A stretch of 63,498 nt of DNA, the filler included, from Parasitella parasitica NRRL 2501 (lineage: Eukaryota > Fungi > Mucoromycota): the NCBI GenBank assembly GCA_025201805.1. It is 10 parts of 10 records of this genome, joined end to end, with 100 filler letters (N's around TTAATTAATTAA, not from the genome) between each part and the next. Parts side by side here need not be neighbours in the genome. Positions count along the whole stretch, not along the records: positions 17,829 to 47,408 come from MU619442.1; 9 more parts are not named here. The stretch is one strand, 5' to 3'. Both the position numbers and the translations under genes were made by a program. The notes beneath the pieces are model-generated. The model was not told the origin of the DNA, did not search any database, and was given only the letters and a program-made list of their open reading frames with translations. Below are positions 23,509 to 37,411 of the stretch, one piece after another. Each line of letters begins with the position of its first letter. Positions within the stretch are counted from its first letter, which is position 1.

Positions 23509-24137
23509 AGCGCTTGCTGTTGCGCTTGCTGCAAATTGAATGATCTTTGCTGCTGCAGCACCTCTTCTCTTTTGGCACGCAGGAAATTGTGGTACTATAC
23601 GCGAGACATCGATTAATGCCAACACCAGTATCAATTCAGTCACCACTTACCTCGTCCATTACATTAGCTTCTTTACTTGCTTCAGCTTCCTTTGATTTCG
23701 CAAAATAAATATCCCAGAAAACATTCCACCAATCAGCTAGAAAACCTGTCGAGACATCAAAGGGAGGGGGTTGATCCGTTGGTACGTTTGCTTCTGACGA
23801 AAACGCTCGAGCAGCTTGTAGGAATTTCTTCTTCTTGCAGTAATCATATATGTATAAATGTAACAGTTCAGTTGCCTTTGCTTCGCCAGGACGTCCATTT
23901 GGTCTAAAAATAATGTGTGTCAATGTAAAAGGGTTGTGTACTTGAAGTGGTTTACTCCTTATTTAATATAATAATAAACAAAAATAATGAAATCCCATTG
24001 CAGAATATAATGAAATTTCATCCATTTAAGCATATTGTTATTGCTGCATAGCGACCAATTTTCGCTCTTAGCAACCAAGGAATAATGAACCATATTTACC
24101 CTTCCCAAGTGCCTCTCCTGTTTTGCGACTGAGCCAT
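19554..24137 (-). CDS. LisH/LUFS - polyQ - WD40 transcriptional corepressor-like protein, multi-exon
   Basis: N-terminal LLHLYIYDYC...GFLADWWNVFWDIY (LUFS), long CAG/CAA tracts, and WD repeats ([42 protein letters not shown]...LRIWD). Start MAQSQNRR at 24137 is inferred. Confidence 0.88.
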
Positions 24138-24333
24138 TTTGAATTTGTCAAGTAGAAACAAAAAGCTGAAAGGGGGTTTTTTTTTAAATGGTTGCTTTGT
24201 TGTATCCCTCTTTCTTGATGCAGTTTTTTCAGGTGTTTTTCAACTGTATTTCGTCTAAATGTTGAAACAAGCAGAACAGAAATAGATTTAGAAATGCCCT
24301 TTAGTTCAAAATATTAACCTAATTTTTCTTCTG

Positions 24334-24404
<71 letters not shown>
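24334..24404. promoter_or_regulatory. ~70-bp poly(dA:dT) tract upstream of the LUFS-WD40 gene
   Basis: Homopolymer run about 200 bp upstream of the ATG. The regulatory role is inferred. Confidence 0.4.
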
Positions 24405-24408
<4 letters not shown>

Positions 24409-24774
24409 AGGAGAGAGGAAACTTATCGATTTCCCTGAGTCTCGTATTCTTTTGCCAATTCCCATTTTAAAAAAAGGAGCAGCAGCATCGGATGTTCATT
24501 ATTGCATCTACGTCACTCTATATCTCTCCAGAAGATCATGGATTGAATGGCAATAGCAGGTGGTTAGCTCAAACAAACACTTGATTAGTACATAATGTGG
24601 CACTCACAACCCAATTGCACTTTTATCTGTGAAAAAAACCAGAAATTTTACCAATATTTATGGGTGTTTCGATGTGGGATCTGTCAAATTCAATGAAAAT
24701 ATTGCACTTCAATTGAATAGGGTGTTTTTCCAAGAGGGTGCCAATGCTATTTAATGTAAGAGGTAACCAAAACA

Positions 24775-26284
24775 CTATCCAAAACCAACATCGTCTACTA
24801 CACGTCTGTGTTCAATTTGATGCTCAGATGTGAAATCCAGATGAACAAACGCTCGTTCCACATTATCCAGCAACTCTAAAGCATCTTGCAACGCCTCACC
24901 AACATCATGAGCTTCTCTCAATGGACATTCGGGAGGCAGCACAATGTCAATCTCCACTATGCAGCGGTCTCCATTATAATAGGCACGCACCGTATCAATT
25001 GCCACAATTTTGGTTGAAAATCGATAAGCCATGTAAGTTAATTGCTTGATGTCATCCACACTGGCTGCTTGACCTGTCAATCTCCTAATATTCTCTGTAA
25101 ATTTGAAATCAGTAAATTATGTATTGAGCTGCCGATACTCTTTTATACCTAATAGTACAGTAACCCATTCATAGATAATATATAAAGACAGTAAAATGGC
25201 ACCAACAGGATCTATCCAAGGCAATTTTGCCCAGACCGCTATTTGCTTCTAATGAATACGGTTCCTATGCACATTTAAAATCCGTACGTTACCCAATACA
25301 GGGAAAATTGTGCTTGCAATGTTGAATATAACGTCATTTTCATGATCTTGAGCCAATGCTTGCACACTAGAGCTGCCTTTCACAGTTAAACACCATAACC
25401 ATAAGATACCCTTGATAATAATATTTGCCGCTAGTAAAATCACTGTTGTTGGGCTCAGATCAACGGGCTCGGATGCTGAGGGGTCCTCAGTTAAACGTTC
25501 AATAGATGATATCAGCACCTGCGAAAACGAGGTTGTGATAACGACAGCAAAAACAATGATCCCCAGAGGTTCCATTCTAGCCTTTTTATTATCCCTTGTT
25601 AGACGCCGAACCTACATTTTGCAAGAAGCCCTACCTTTCCTACTGGATAATCATATAGATTTTTTTGTCTGATCACACGAATAGTGAAATAGATGATGCC
25701 GTTGCTAAGAATATCCAGAAAGCTCTCAAATGCAGAAGCCAAGATAGCCATAGAGCCCGACAATATCGCCAAGATAACCTTGGTAACAAATAAAATGATA
25801 TTAGCAAGCATGGAGACGTTAATAGCCAAGCGTATAAGCCAGGGAGGAGAAGGGCGATTCACGATAGATATTCTAGCGCTTGGTTTCAGTAAGAGTGGTG
25901 CTTGTACATTAGACTCTTCGTCATCTTGTTGCTTGTGGACATCCCTTACAGATTCAGTTAAGTTCGTGGTTGAGGCGGATCCATAGCTAAGAACTTGAGA
26001 GGAGTTTCGGATGTATTCAATGATCATGTCTACCACTTCGAATCGATCGATCAATTCATTTTGATGCTATATTACTCTTAGTACCAGTTTTATCTAGCGC
26101 TTTTCCAACAAACCTTATAAAATGCTCGCACAGACCTGTTCTTTATAACTGCAATTTGCTCTTCGGACATGCGAAGGGCGTAAAAGTGGGCTGGCGGCGG
26201 TATGGCATTGGCTGCCAATGAAGCGACTGACTTTCTTCTTTTGATGGAGAGTCTTCCCCATTCTTGCTCTTGTTCAGCATCCAT
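24775..26284 (-). CDS. Cation diffusion facilitator, Mn-CDF (MTP8-11-like), multi-exon
   Basis: ESFLD and DHEND metal-site motifs; YPVGK, MEPLGIIVFA, LREAHDVGEALQ and VERAFVHLD. Confidence 0.92.
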
Positions 26285-26531
26285 AATTTCTACAAATTAA
26301 TGAGAAAGAAGAGAATAACAATAATTCCGGAAATTCATACAAAAATGGTGTGCCTCATGAGAATTTGTTTAAGAAACATGAAACCGAAGATTAATGACCG
26401 CAATTTGGCTGCAAGATGAGATAGTCTGTCTCTTATGTCGCAACTCACTTACAAAAAACTTTTTTTTTTTTCAACTATTTATTAATAAATATTTACATCA
26501 AGTGGATGTCTCAGGACACGGACTATCTGAT

Positions 26532-27110
26532 TTAAGCGATAATGGCAATAAAGCTGGCGATAAAGACAGCAGCTAAAGCGGACAATTGAACAGCATAACT
26601 GTTACTACCGGCTAAAGCATTGGCAGCATTGCTGCTATCGGCAGCAGCAGAGGCAGAGGCAGTGGAAGAGCTAAGAGCACTGTTAGCGGAACTTTGAGCT
26701 TCAGAAGCAGAGCTTTGGGCATTAGAGGCAGAAGATGAAGCCATTGAAGCAGAGGAAGAATCCGAAGCAAGTGAACTGGATTGGGTGGCAGAAGCAGAAG
26801 CAGCCGAAGAAGCAATACCGGCGGAGATACGGCTGTAAGCAGAAGAGGCAGAGCTCAACAAGGGAGTTCTATTGCCTCCAGTCAAAGAGCTTTCAATTGA
26901 TTCAATCCTGCGTTTAGAAGATACATTAGTGTAAAAAAAAACGTATTAGGTCAGAAATACATACTTGCTAGAGAGGGAAGTAAGAGCAGGGGCTAAGACA
27001 GAATGTTAAATTAAAATGTCCAAGTACGGTTATTGCGACTTACCGCCTTGAGCCTCGACTTGAGTAAGAGCGAGGATAGCAGCAAGAGCAATTAGCAATT
27101 TGGTGTTCAT
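26532..27110 (-). CDS. Small secreted Ser/Ala-rich, probably GPI-anchored cell-surface protein (exons 27110-27044, 26992-26965, 26907-26532)
   Basis: Signal peptide MNTKLLIALAAILALTQVEA, Ser/Ala-rich body and hydrophobic C-terminus after SNAAN. Intron phases are consistent, including a 28-nt microexon. Confidence 0.85.
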
Positions 27111-28748
27111 TTTGAAATCTTGATGATGTGTGAAGAACTTCTTTACAGCTTCGATTGCTCTTCTTTTATAACTGGTTTTTTTTTTTTTTTTTTNNNNNNN
27201 NNNTGATTTTCCTCCGATACATTAGTCAAGCACTCACTTTCTGAATCTTATTGATATCATCAAGAACCCATGCTCATGAATTTGATTTGAAGAAATATAC
27301 GTAAGATCAAAGTCTCAAGCTTGTAAATCGGCGAGTTTCAGCTAGAGGCTCAATTGTTAATGGCTGACCTGTTTGTAGGTGAATATTTATTGACTTTTAT
27401 ATCATATATGCACTTCAAACTCAATGGAACCATGATAGAGAGGCAGAAAGAGACGGTTCAATTGTATAAGACATTATAAAAAAAAAGACAAGAACTTTTT
27501 ATGTCAGGCATTTTGGCTGTGTATATGAGTTTATGCGCGCTGCTTAATGAGAGCCATTTTTATTGGGATGTCAAGCGTAAGGTCTATATGTTGAAATAAT
27601 AAAGAGTTCATATCGTTGATCTTGTGGAATGCATTGTACTTTTTAGGTTTAATATGCTGGAATAAAAGGGAGTGGGATGGCTAAGAAATAAGCTTGAATG
27701 ATCATGAGCAAGTTTCAAATACATGATAAATTAATTAGTTTCAAAAACTGTTGGTAGTTTATTTTTTTCCATAAATATTCGTTTCATTCAGGAAGAGATC
27801 TCAAGACAAACCCCAATTTTGTATGTATAATTGACATTGATTGATATCCTCTAGATTTTATAACTCTTGATAGGCACCAATCCAGATACAAAGAAGCAAA
27901 AAAAAAAAAAGGGTAGGTATGGAGTGCATAGATTTTGATATAATAAAAGAATCCCATCCTGGGATACTTGAAATCCGAATAGAACTACTTGTAGTCCGAT
28001 TAAAAAAATAATGAATCCAGGACAGAAAAGCCAGAGAAAGCAGATAAATCTAATGAAAGGCATAAACTGCAATTCAATGTTGTATCAAAGCCATTGAAGA
28101 AGGGTATCGAACCAACATTTAGTTACAAGACCTTCCCTAGCAAACTTTTACAGTTGCAAAATTCTATTCACATACACATGCGAAGCTTGCCCATAGTCAT
28201 CAACATTCATATAGAAATCGCTAGATCGGGTGATATGCCTCTAGTTCCAAGATGGGTTCTTTTAATTCAGAATCTATCGACTTGAACGATTGCGCTTTGT
28301 GAGGGAGATACCTGTTCTCCTATCACCCCATGATTGGAGAGCCAGTCGATGAATACAGCGACCTGATATCCTATCGCAGATTTCAAGCTTTGTTGTTCAC
28401 TTGTATTGGAAAGTAGCAAGTTCCTTTTGTTCCTGATTCAACTGACATTACTATTTCATATGCTTCAATAGATGCAGCTTGTCTCTACCAGAGTTCCAGT
28501 TTGGAGACCCTGGACTCCGGGCAGTAACTGTGACTAATTTGTGAAGTTGCTTGTCAACCGAGCGAAATACACGCACACCTCCAAATCTTCCTTCATCTTC
28601 TCTTTTTCATCTTGCCAACTTTCTCGTATACAGACACCAGGACTTTGTTGTATCAATTTTTTAAAGGCTTTATTTCATCTCCAAATCATTGTTATCAGAA
28701 AATTGATAGCATCTTGTACAAAGAGTTCTATTTTCCAACGTCAAAACT

Positions 28749-30971
28749 ATGTCGTCTGTATTTGTACCCGAGAACAGTGGTTCACCACAGCAGCAGAAAC
28801 AGCCTGAACAAGCAAGGCCCAAAAGACCAAGATCAAGTTTAGCTGTAAGTCGAGCAGGCGCTACTTGTGGCAGAAATACTGATTATAGTTTCACAGTGTA
28901 TTCGCTGTCGCAAAAAGAAGGTCAAGTGTGATTTTGTGCAGCCAACTTGTGGACGCTGTGCTATTGCAGGTCTACCTTGTAGCTATGCAACACCTCCACG
29001 CAGAGTAGATGGCCACGCCTTTGATCAGCTTGGCAACCATGTTGAGGAGCTGAAAGAGCGAATGCAGAAAATGCAATCAGAGCTTGCCATGATGAAGAAC
29101 AATCTGCACCCTTTTGCGTCAACCTCAGCAACAGTCAACCCTGACGATATGGATTCAGGCCATTCAACGCCCAACATGATGATGACTGACGGTACCCAAA
29201 ACAACATGGCTCTAGCCACCTCCTGCTCGTCTGATCAGTCTGTCACTTGGAAACTGTCTCTCTCACCCTCTGGTCTCAGAATCGACACCAATATTGCAAG
29301 TGTGGCTGACCTTTATCGCATTCTACTGAACGGCATTAGTCAGCTAAATATCAACAACGACTCAACCACGAGTCTATTCAATCCTGAAAACTCGTCCTCC
29401 AACCCAACTACATCTGCCAGCCAGATTTTAGGTGCCCGTAAGCAGCCCCCAAAAGCCAATTTGAATAGTGGCAGACGGACGGCCACCAACAGCTACTTGG
29501 ATCCAGGCATGATGGAAGGCAACGACAAAGGCGGGCGCTTATGGGAAGTCGACGACAACGAAGCCAGAAAGATTTTGCAGGAAAAGAAATCCAGCGAAGA
29601 CACACTGCCAAAAGAAGTGATTGATAATCTGATGCATACGTGCTACCACAGCTGCTTCCTGGCTTATCAAGTGGTCGACAAGGACCACTTTATGCAACAG
29701 TACTTGTCAGACGAAGGATTAGACCCTCTTTTGACGAATTCTATCAATGCGTGGGTATCCAAGCACGGCTGCATCTACCACAACGCTAATGGCGGCAACT
29801 CTCAGACCACCATGGGCGAAGTCTATTTTAAAAACGCCCGCCAGCTGCTCAAAAAATGCTTCGATATCAGCAGCCCCACCACTATTCATGCTCTCTTGAA
29901 CTTGTACATGTACCAATTGAGCAGTGAAAGGTCAAGCCTGGCTTATCTTTACATCGGTTTGGCTATCCGTATGGCTCAAGATCTCAAGTTCCACAAAAAG
30001 GAGCATATGTCGCCTGATTTGAACCAACGTGAGACCAACAAGAGACTGTGGTGGTCTGCCTACTGGCTTGACCTGTGCGCTGCGCTTGAGTCCAATCGTC
30101 CTACAATGGTCGACGACAAAGATTGCGATTTAGACTATCCGATGCGCTTGGAGCACGAGGACGAAGAGACGGGCTACTGTATCCATTTTACTGTGTATTC
30201 CATCAAACTAATGCGTATTCGTAAGGATATCACCAAGCATCTGCCTTCTGAACAGTCTGGCCAATCACTGCTATCAGCCATCTCGAGACTGGAGAATGCC
30301 CTTACGAACTGGTTGAGCGAATTGCCGCAAGACTTGCACTTTGATGATCAGTCGGCTGTCTTCCAGAAGACAGGCTCCTTTAGAGATGAGGCATGCTTGA
30401 TCCTGAACATCCAATACCAGACTACCTGGATCATGCTGCACAAGTTCTTCCTGCCAAAGCAGGACCAGACTGCCACGCCTGTTGCTCTGTTATCTCTCAA
30501 TATCTGTACAAAGTCAGCCAACCTTATCACTCGTATGCTCAGCATCTATGCCGCCAATCTGAAATGGTGCCAGTTCTTTTATGCGATGGATGGTATCGTT
30601 GCTAGTGTCACCATCCACCAAGTGAATGCCTTGTCGAGTGAAAAGGAGGTGTCTTGCTTGGCCCAGCGCAATCTGATTGTCACTGCCAGCGTGCTGAAGG
30701 AGTCACCATTGATGTACATGGTCAAGGTTTGCGAGATTATCGAGAGTATCGAGGGATTCTTGAAGAAGAACGGTCTTTCGTCTGAACTGGGCGACCTTCC
30801 TGCCGTGAATGAGGATTCCGTCAACCAGCAATCCATCTCCTCTGTCTTCCACCCTGCCGTATTCGAATCACAGCATATGATGCCTCAGCAAACTCCACAA
30901 CAGCCCCAGCAGCAATCTCATCAACAGCAACCACCGCAACACAATCAACGCCACGCACAACCACAGCCACC

Positions 30972-31002
<31 letters not shown>

Positions 31003-31899
31003 CACCACCATTACCAGCCGCAGAACATGTCTTATGCTGACTCCTTATCGCCTTCCATACAATCTCAACATGCCATGATGAATTCGCCTCAGTCTCAGCA
31101 TTCATCGTCTACGATCCGGATACCTCCACAATTATCCTCAGGCATGTTCCAACAACAAAGTCTACCTCAACAATCTTCGTCAGCCAATGCTGCAGGACAG
31201 CAACCACAGAGTAGCAATGTGTATAATAATTCAGGCATAATGGTGGAGCCCAGCATGTTTTTGAACGATCCTACGACTCTAATGGGATTCAACATGCCGG
31301 CACAAGGGGGTGATATGGACCAGCTATTGCTGAGAAACATGGGCTTTGATTTGAACAACACGGGTACCGCCAATACTGCTGATAGTAGAATGTACAATAT
31401 GTTTGACAGCAGCAGAAGCAATGCACCGAATACCAACACAGCGTATGCCAGTGGCACCTCAACTGCGTCTTTTACCGAATCCTTTCCAGGCTCTTACACG
31501 ACCAACCCTAATAACAGCTTTACGCCCTCTCCAGCAGACATTTCTAATAATTCATCCAACAATACAAATGCATACCCCAATTTTGTGAACAACACAGAAT
31601 TATTCGGGATCCCCACAACTACGACAACCTCAGCTCAGCAGCAACCACAACCCTATTCTAATGATGCGCCTGCTAACTTTGATCCTGCTAATTTGTTTGG
31701 CTCAATGAATATGGATCCTGCTACTATGAGCGCTTTGCTGTACAATAATGCCGGCATGTCGAGTTTCCCATACCAACAGCAACCGCAGCTGCAGCAGCAG
31801 CAACAGCATAACGGTACTCCTTCTGGCGATGAAGCTGACATGCTGTATGGCACAAACAATGGCAGGAAAAGAGTGCATCGTGATTGGGAAAATGTTTAA
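28749..31899 (+). CDS. Zn(II)2Cys6 transcription factor with fungal TF middle domain and Q-rich tail (intron 28845-28897)
   Basis: RSSLA|CIRCRKKKVKCDFVQPTCGRCAIAGLPCSY; GLAIRMAQDL; KRLWWSAYWLD. Confidence 0.95.
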
Positions 31900-32748
31900 G
31901 AGAGAAAAGTCTTCAAAAAATACGTTATAATTTTATACAATAAAATGATAAATTCACCATATACGATAAGGTTTGCTATTTGTTTCAGCCTGCAAGGCAA
32001 TCCGAATAACTGAAATGGCTATTTCTGTGCAGCTGGAATACACGGATTACTGCGAGAATGTAAATGTAATCTTTTTGTCTCGTGCTGATTGTCATATGAA
32101 ATCAAGTATATTGGAGTGCGCAGGATATCATAGCAGGCACACACAGCAGGTCATTTGCTATTCATTCCAAATTTTTTTTTTTTTTTTTACGAGCCATCAT
32201 GTGCCATTTCTCTCCTTTTGGCAGCTTTGTCGTATTTTCTGTACTGTATTTGTCCTATCTACTCTATTGTTTGCTTCCTTCAAGAAGTCTGAATCCTCGA
32301 TCTCCTTTCTGCAGCCATTATTCTTTCAGCAAAAGTTGGGATCAGAGGCGCACTACTCACTCCAGACGAAGCACAATCAAGGATAACATGAGCTGAAATA
32401 AACTCTGAGATTTACGCTATCCCACCGAAATAAAAGCTCTGCACCACAATAAATGCAATGGGCTACGTCCAAGATGACATAATGTACTATCAGCGCATTT
32501 TGCAGCAGCAGAAAGACCACTGTTCTGGGATAGATTTTGAAGCAAGATAGCGAATGTTTGACGATATAGAGTTCAATTTGCAACCTATTCGTATTTTGCA
32601 TAAAACAATAGAAACTGCATTGCAAATCACTAAAATAAAAAGGGGTAAACCAATCAAGCGTTGAGAAGCACCCATTAAATCGTCTATTAAAGGCAACTTT
32701 TATCAATTATTTTGCTTCTTCTTTTTCTTTCAGTTTCTACTAAATATC

Positions 32749-34166
32749 ATGTCTCTTACGATATCATCTAAAAAATTGCTTGCAATTTCATTCATTACGG
32801 CTCTGGCTGTAGCGAATGTATCAGGGCCACAGTACATTTACCCGACATACGGAACGTCATTAATGAATCACTTTCATTGGAATGGCGTCGAAAATAGCAT
32901 GGTGAGCACAGCAACATTCGTAGGTGTGTCCTTCTCGGGCCCTCTCTGTGCTTGGATGCTGGAAACATTGGGATTTCGAAAGTAGGGTGTTTGTTATATA
33001 CATATCAATTGAGCTGGATTATTGAGCGCTTTTTTTTTTTTTCATAGAACCTTGACTATATCCGCTTTCACGGGATTCATTGGATTGTTTTTGTTAGCGC
33101 AAACATATGCAGGATATCTGTCGAGCAATTACATGCTGTGCTCTATTTATTTGGCATGTACGGGTGCAGCCGGTGCTGCTTCGTATCTTTGTGCTCTTGA
33201 TTCGCAGGTAATATAGCATCTCCACTTGCACCTACTGTATAGCTCATAGTGATGATATGTAGGCTCACAACTTCAAGTCTCGTCGTGGAATGAGCATGGG
33301 GCTCACCAGTGCCTCCTTGGGCATCAGCGGACTGATCTTTTCGCAAATCAATGACCATTTCTTCAAATCACAAGCAAAAAGCCACGAGGAAGACAACAGC
33401 ACATTTGACTTTCTGATCTTTGTCGGCTCGTGCATCTTTTTTCTGACACTGCTCGGCTCGTTCGTTTTGGGCCCTATTGATACGTCTGAGGAGATATCGA
33501 TTCCAAACGACCTTGTGCAACCACAACAGCAGCAGGACGAAGCGACGCACAATTTAAACTACAGAACGTACACTCAAAGTATTAGCAGTTTCAGCACCTC
33601 ATCTACACGCTACGAGGAAGAGGACCAAGAAGAGGAGAGGCCGTTATTGTCTAAAAACGTAATTGTATCTGTCGACAACATTTCCATGTTCAAGAAAATG
33701 GCACACCAACATGCCGATATCCGAATTGAAGAAGAGCCTAGTATCTCTGGCATTGCATTTTTCACCGACCCAGTTGGTTTCTCACTTGCGTTTGCTTTGC
33801 TTGTTATTTTGGGATTAGGGTATGTGTATTTGGCCAACCTTGGCCAATTGATTTTGTCGCTCTCGCCAGCAGACATATCACTGGGAGACGCACAGCATGT
33901 CCGCAATGTACATGTGTCGATCTTTAGCTTTGCCAACTGTGGTGCCAGAGCGGTGTTTGGTACATTGAGCGACATTTTGCAAAAAAGGGCCGGAATTCAT
34001 CGCTTGTGGTCCTTTTGGTGTGCAGCAATAGGCCTTGTGATATCCATGACTTATCTTATCACTTCTGTATCCACTGCAGCTGAGCTGATCCCATGTACAA
34101 TCATGACGGCCATAGTATACGGTATGTACTACTCAGAGTTGCCATGTTATCATAGAGACAACGCTA

Positions 34167-34205
<39 letters not shown>

Positions 34206-34597
34206 TTTGCCCACAGGAATTGCGTTTGGTTGCGCACCAGCAATCATTAGTGAATTCGGAACAAAGGTTTGTATTTGTAGAACATAGTACTCTGTCTGTG
34301 TCACAGTTTTGCTGATCTATTATTCAGGCTTTCGCACGTAATTGGGGATGGTTATTGTGTGCTCCAGCCATAGGAAGCCAATCATTCAACGTTATATTTG
34401 GAACGTTTTTTGAAAAAGAATCTAAACGTCAAGGCTCGTCGGGCACTTGCTATGGATCAGGCTGCTACGAAACCACCTTCTTCATCGGTATTTTATTAGC
34501 TTTTTTGTGTACCTTTATTCTATCGCTGGCGATCTACAGAAAAGGATTATACAAGAAGCAGTCGATGCCTATTCATCAAGGAGCACGTGTCCATTAG
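32749..34597 (+). CDS. MFS transporter, nodulin-like/Mch1 type, 5 exons
   Basis: Multiple TM segments; GTLSD, FGTK|AFARNWG and CYGSGCY motifs; GT-AG introns at ~32982, 33208, 34122 and 34267. Confidence 0.85.
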
Positions 34598-34684
34598 TAA
34601 TTATAATATTTTCAATAAATACGTTAATATCATGTTAATCAATAAAAAACACAGAATAGCTACTACCTATCACCAAACAGTCAT

Positions 34685-35249
34685 TGATCTGCCATAACTT
34701 AAGATAGGAGATCATGACAATGTACTTCAATTGAAGTGATGTATCCATTCTTAAACCAGATGTCAATATAATATAAACTCATACTGAAGAGTAAAACATC
34801 AGATCATAAAATAATCTGACATTTGGGATAGTTACAATCTACCCTATCTCCCAGACATCATCACTAAAACCTTTATACTCACATCGCTTTCCTCAGTTCA
34901 TAGAAAATATATAAACCCTCTATTTTGAATATAATAAACAGATCTTTACCTGATTCTATTTAACTTTTCTGATAAATCATGAAGATTAGAGATTATCCTT
35001 GTCAAAGCAGAAGAATAAAGTCTCTGTTTCAAATCAAGAAAATTATCTGCAACACAGATCTGTGTGATTGACAGACAATAAGGCACTGCCAGATCAAAGA
35101 TGAATAGCATTGTAGTATAATAATGCATCGTACCTTCTTAAGGATGATGTTACTTGCAAATTACTCTTGTCGATTAGTATTTTTCGTATCTCGCTAATTC
35201 AACGTTTTGTTTTGTACTTTTCTTATTTTATATCTTGCAGATCTCGACA
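34685..35249 (+). mobile_element. LTR family A solo LTR with a nested TG...CA insert (34737-34979)
   Basis: TGATCTGCC...CGACA with TSD GTCAT/GTCGT. The inner insert is flanked by TSD TGAAG. Confidence 0.7.
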
Positions 35250-35402
35250 GTCGTAGTTGGGTTTCTTGTAAAGTTCTATTTCTTGCTTAAAAGTTCAATA
35301 ATCATTGAAGCACTAAGCTTTTGTAGAGTGGTAACTGAAGCAACAATGGATTTTCAGAAATAGCCAGTGAAACAACTCAACTACTCTCAACTCTCTATTG
35401 AA

Positions 35403-35745
35403 TGTTGTATCCATAGAATACCATGGTTACCACTATTTCAACTCGGCTGTCATGACAACCGTTCCTGAACGGATCTGAGGTTAAAAGGCAGCATTCTATC
35501 TAGTAAATAAAAGTATTCAATAGAATGTCTTGTATAAGAAACCATCTATTTGGGTTCTACTCATTCTAAATTGCGAAGCTCAACTTATCGATGAATGATT
35601 CACATTCATGACGATTAGCTGATAAAATATAGAAATAGGTCTTGCTCTGAGTACTATTGTGTTATAATCTTGTCTGGTAATTAAATGTCACACATGACCT
35701 GATAGGCAGCTTCTTGTCAATCAATGAATCAATAGTTTTGTATCT
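35403..35745 (+). mobile_element. LTR-like repeat family C
   Basis: Homologous to the reverse complement of 6590-6970. Confidence 0.6.
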
Positions 35746-35819
35746 TTATTACTTTCTTATATTCTTTATATCACATACAATCACCTGCTGTGCTCATTTT
35801 CAACTTTGGGACAACCTTC

Positions 35820-36370
35820 AGGGTGATTTTCAGGTACGAATTTGCGGACCAAGCCAAGTATACATCCTAATACTAGTACGATAACTGTATCTTACTACGT
35901 TTTTAATTTCTGGATAACTATGTTTGCTGTCGAGATATTGCCAAAAAAAACCCCTCCCCCAGATTTTGCAGCATATGTGCCTATAGCAACTACCAAATTT
36001 TGCAAGTAAATCATGTCCAAGTTCCCAAGTAAACTATTAGAGCATGTTTTGATACACTCACTAGTATCAAACATGTCGTGGTGAAACTCGAATTCAATAA
36101 TCTTGAGCTAATTTTGTCTTTTTACACAAAGCTATGCTGGCCAATATCTCAACAAACCATTAAAATACTTTGACTTGAGTAAATAATTTAATATGTTTGT
36201 GGTGTAATTTTCTACTGGGTATGTAAGTTTCGAAAAGATAGAATGAAAAAAAAAAAAAAATTATAGAAATTACGTTATGAGCCCTCCAAATGTTGTTTAT
36301 TTAACCGAGCCATACAATCCTTGTTAAATTCAAGTAATCAATAAATACCAATGTCTTCCGAAAATCACCT
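35820..36370. mobile_element. MITE-like member of family E
   Basis: GGTGATTTTC...GAAAATCACC inverted termini. The start resembles 47608 and the interior resembles 48770-48960. Confidence 0.55.
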
Positions 36371-37411
36371 TAGCGAAGCAAAAGTTGAGTTTTCCACCAT
36401 AGTTCGAGGCGTGGAGAGAGCTCTTTAAATGGCACTTTTATTTTAATAATATGTATGAATCTCGGTACAAATGTTATTCCCTAATTAAATCATAATATAG
36501 GTTCAAGATGTACATGGTAAATCATTCAAAATGTTGTTAAGAGAGGATTTCTTCAAGCAGTATACTGAAAGATGAATAACATTGCAAGCACAAGATGTTT
36601 GACTCTCTAGAACTAACTTGGCTGGTGTTTCCAGATACTGTGCAACAGCGACGAAAGCTACCTAAATAGCACTATATTTAGATGTTTTATCATAAATTCT
36701 ATTGCTGTCACCAGTACATTTCAACCACCTTTCCAAAGCATTTGTAATTTACCTATTACCTACAAGACTTGAAACAGATATAAAAAGGGCCTGCTTATAA
36801 CGCTCCGCATCAAAAGAATACTTGTGTATCATAATATTAAAATTTGGCAGCGTTACACATGCACGCACGCTTTCATACAAAGCGAATTGTTTAATAAAGC
36901 ATGCCAAGCGTCAGACTATGTTTTAAAAGAATATTATAGAATATACCATGAGTGTATTTCCAAGGATATATAATATACAACATCTTTCTTTTTGTGTTGC
37001 CACTTGAAGCCTGAGCTTGACATTGAGTCCACTGGTGGGTTTCCAAATTAATTCGGCAGAAGTTTAATGTAACCAATTGAGTTGAATCTAGAATTCCTAT
37101 TTTCTGATTTTTTTTTTTTTAATGTGCAGATTATCCAAAATTGCAAACACAGCATGCAAAAAGCACATGAGGAATATACACAAAAACAATGTTATTCTAA
37201 CCGTAATTTTCCATGATATAGCTGCATGTTTGATGGTAATATTACCTTCTTTATGTTGATGAAGGAGTGAATAGCTTATGTCTGAGGCTTAAAAGAATTG
37301 AAATGGCGAGCACAGACCATGACGATAAATAAATTGGCTCATTTCTCTTGTTTCCATCTTTCTTTTCTCTTGTTTCATTCAAATTAGATAATTCATTTTT
37401 CATGAATTCAT

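Noticed and set aside
21047-23646. Many overlapping poly-Leu/Ala/Ser ORFs
   Set aside because: Alternative-frame and antisense shadows of CAG repeats in the LUFS-WD40 gene.
27851-28807. Short ORFs upstream of the Zn2Cys6 gene (also 31973-32706)
   Set aside because: No recognisable motif or coherent exon structure; treated as promoter/intergenic sequence.
34166-34204. Poly-tyrosine run in ORF 33290-34315
   Set aside because: A (TTA)n microsatellite inside an intron of the MFS gene.
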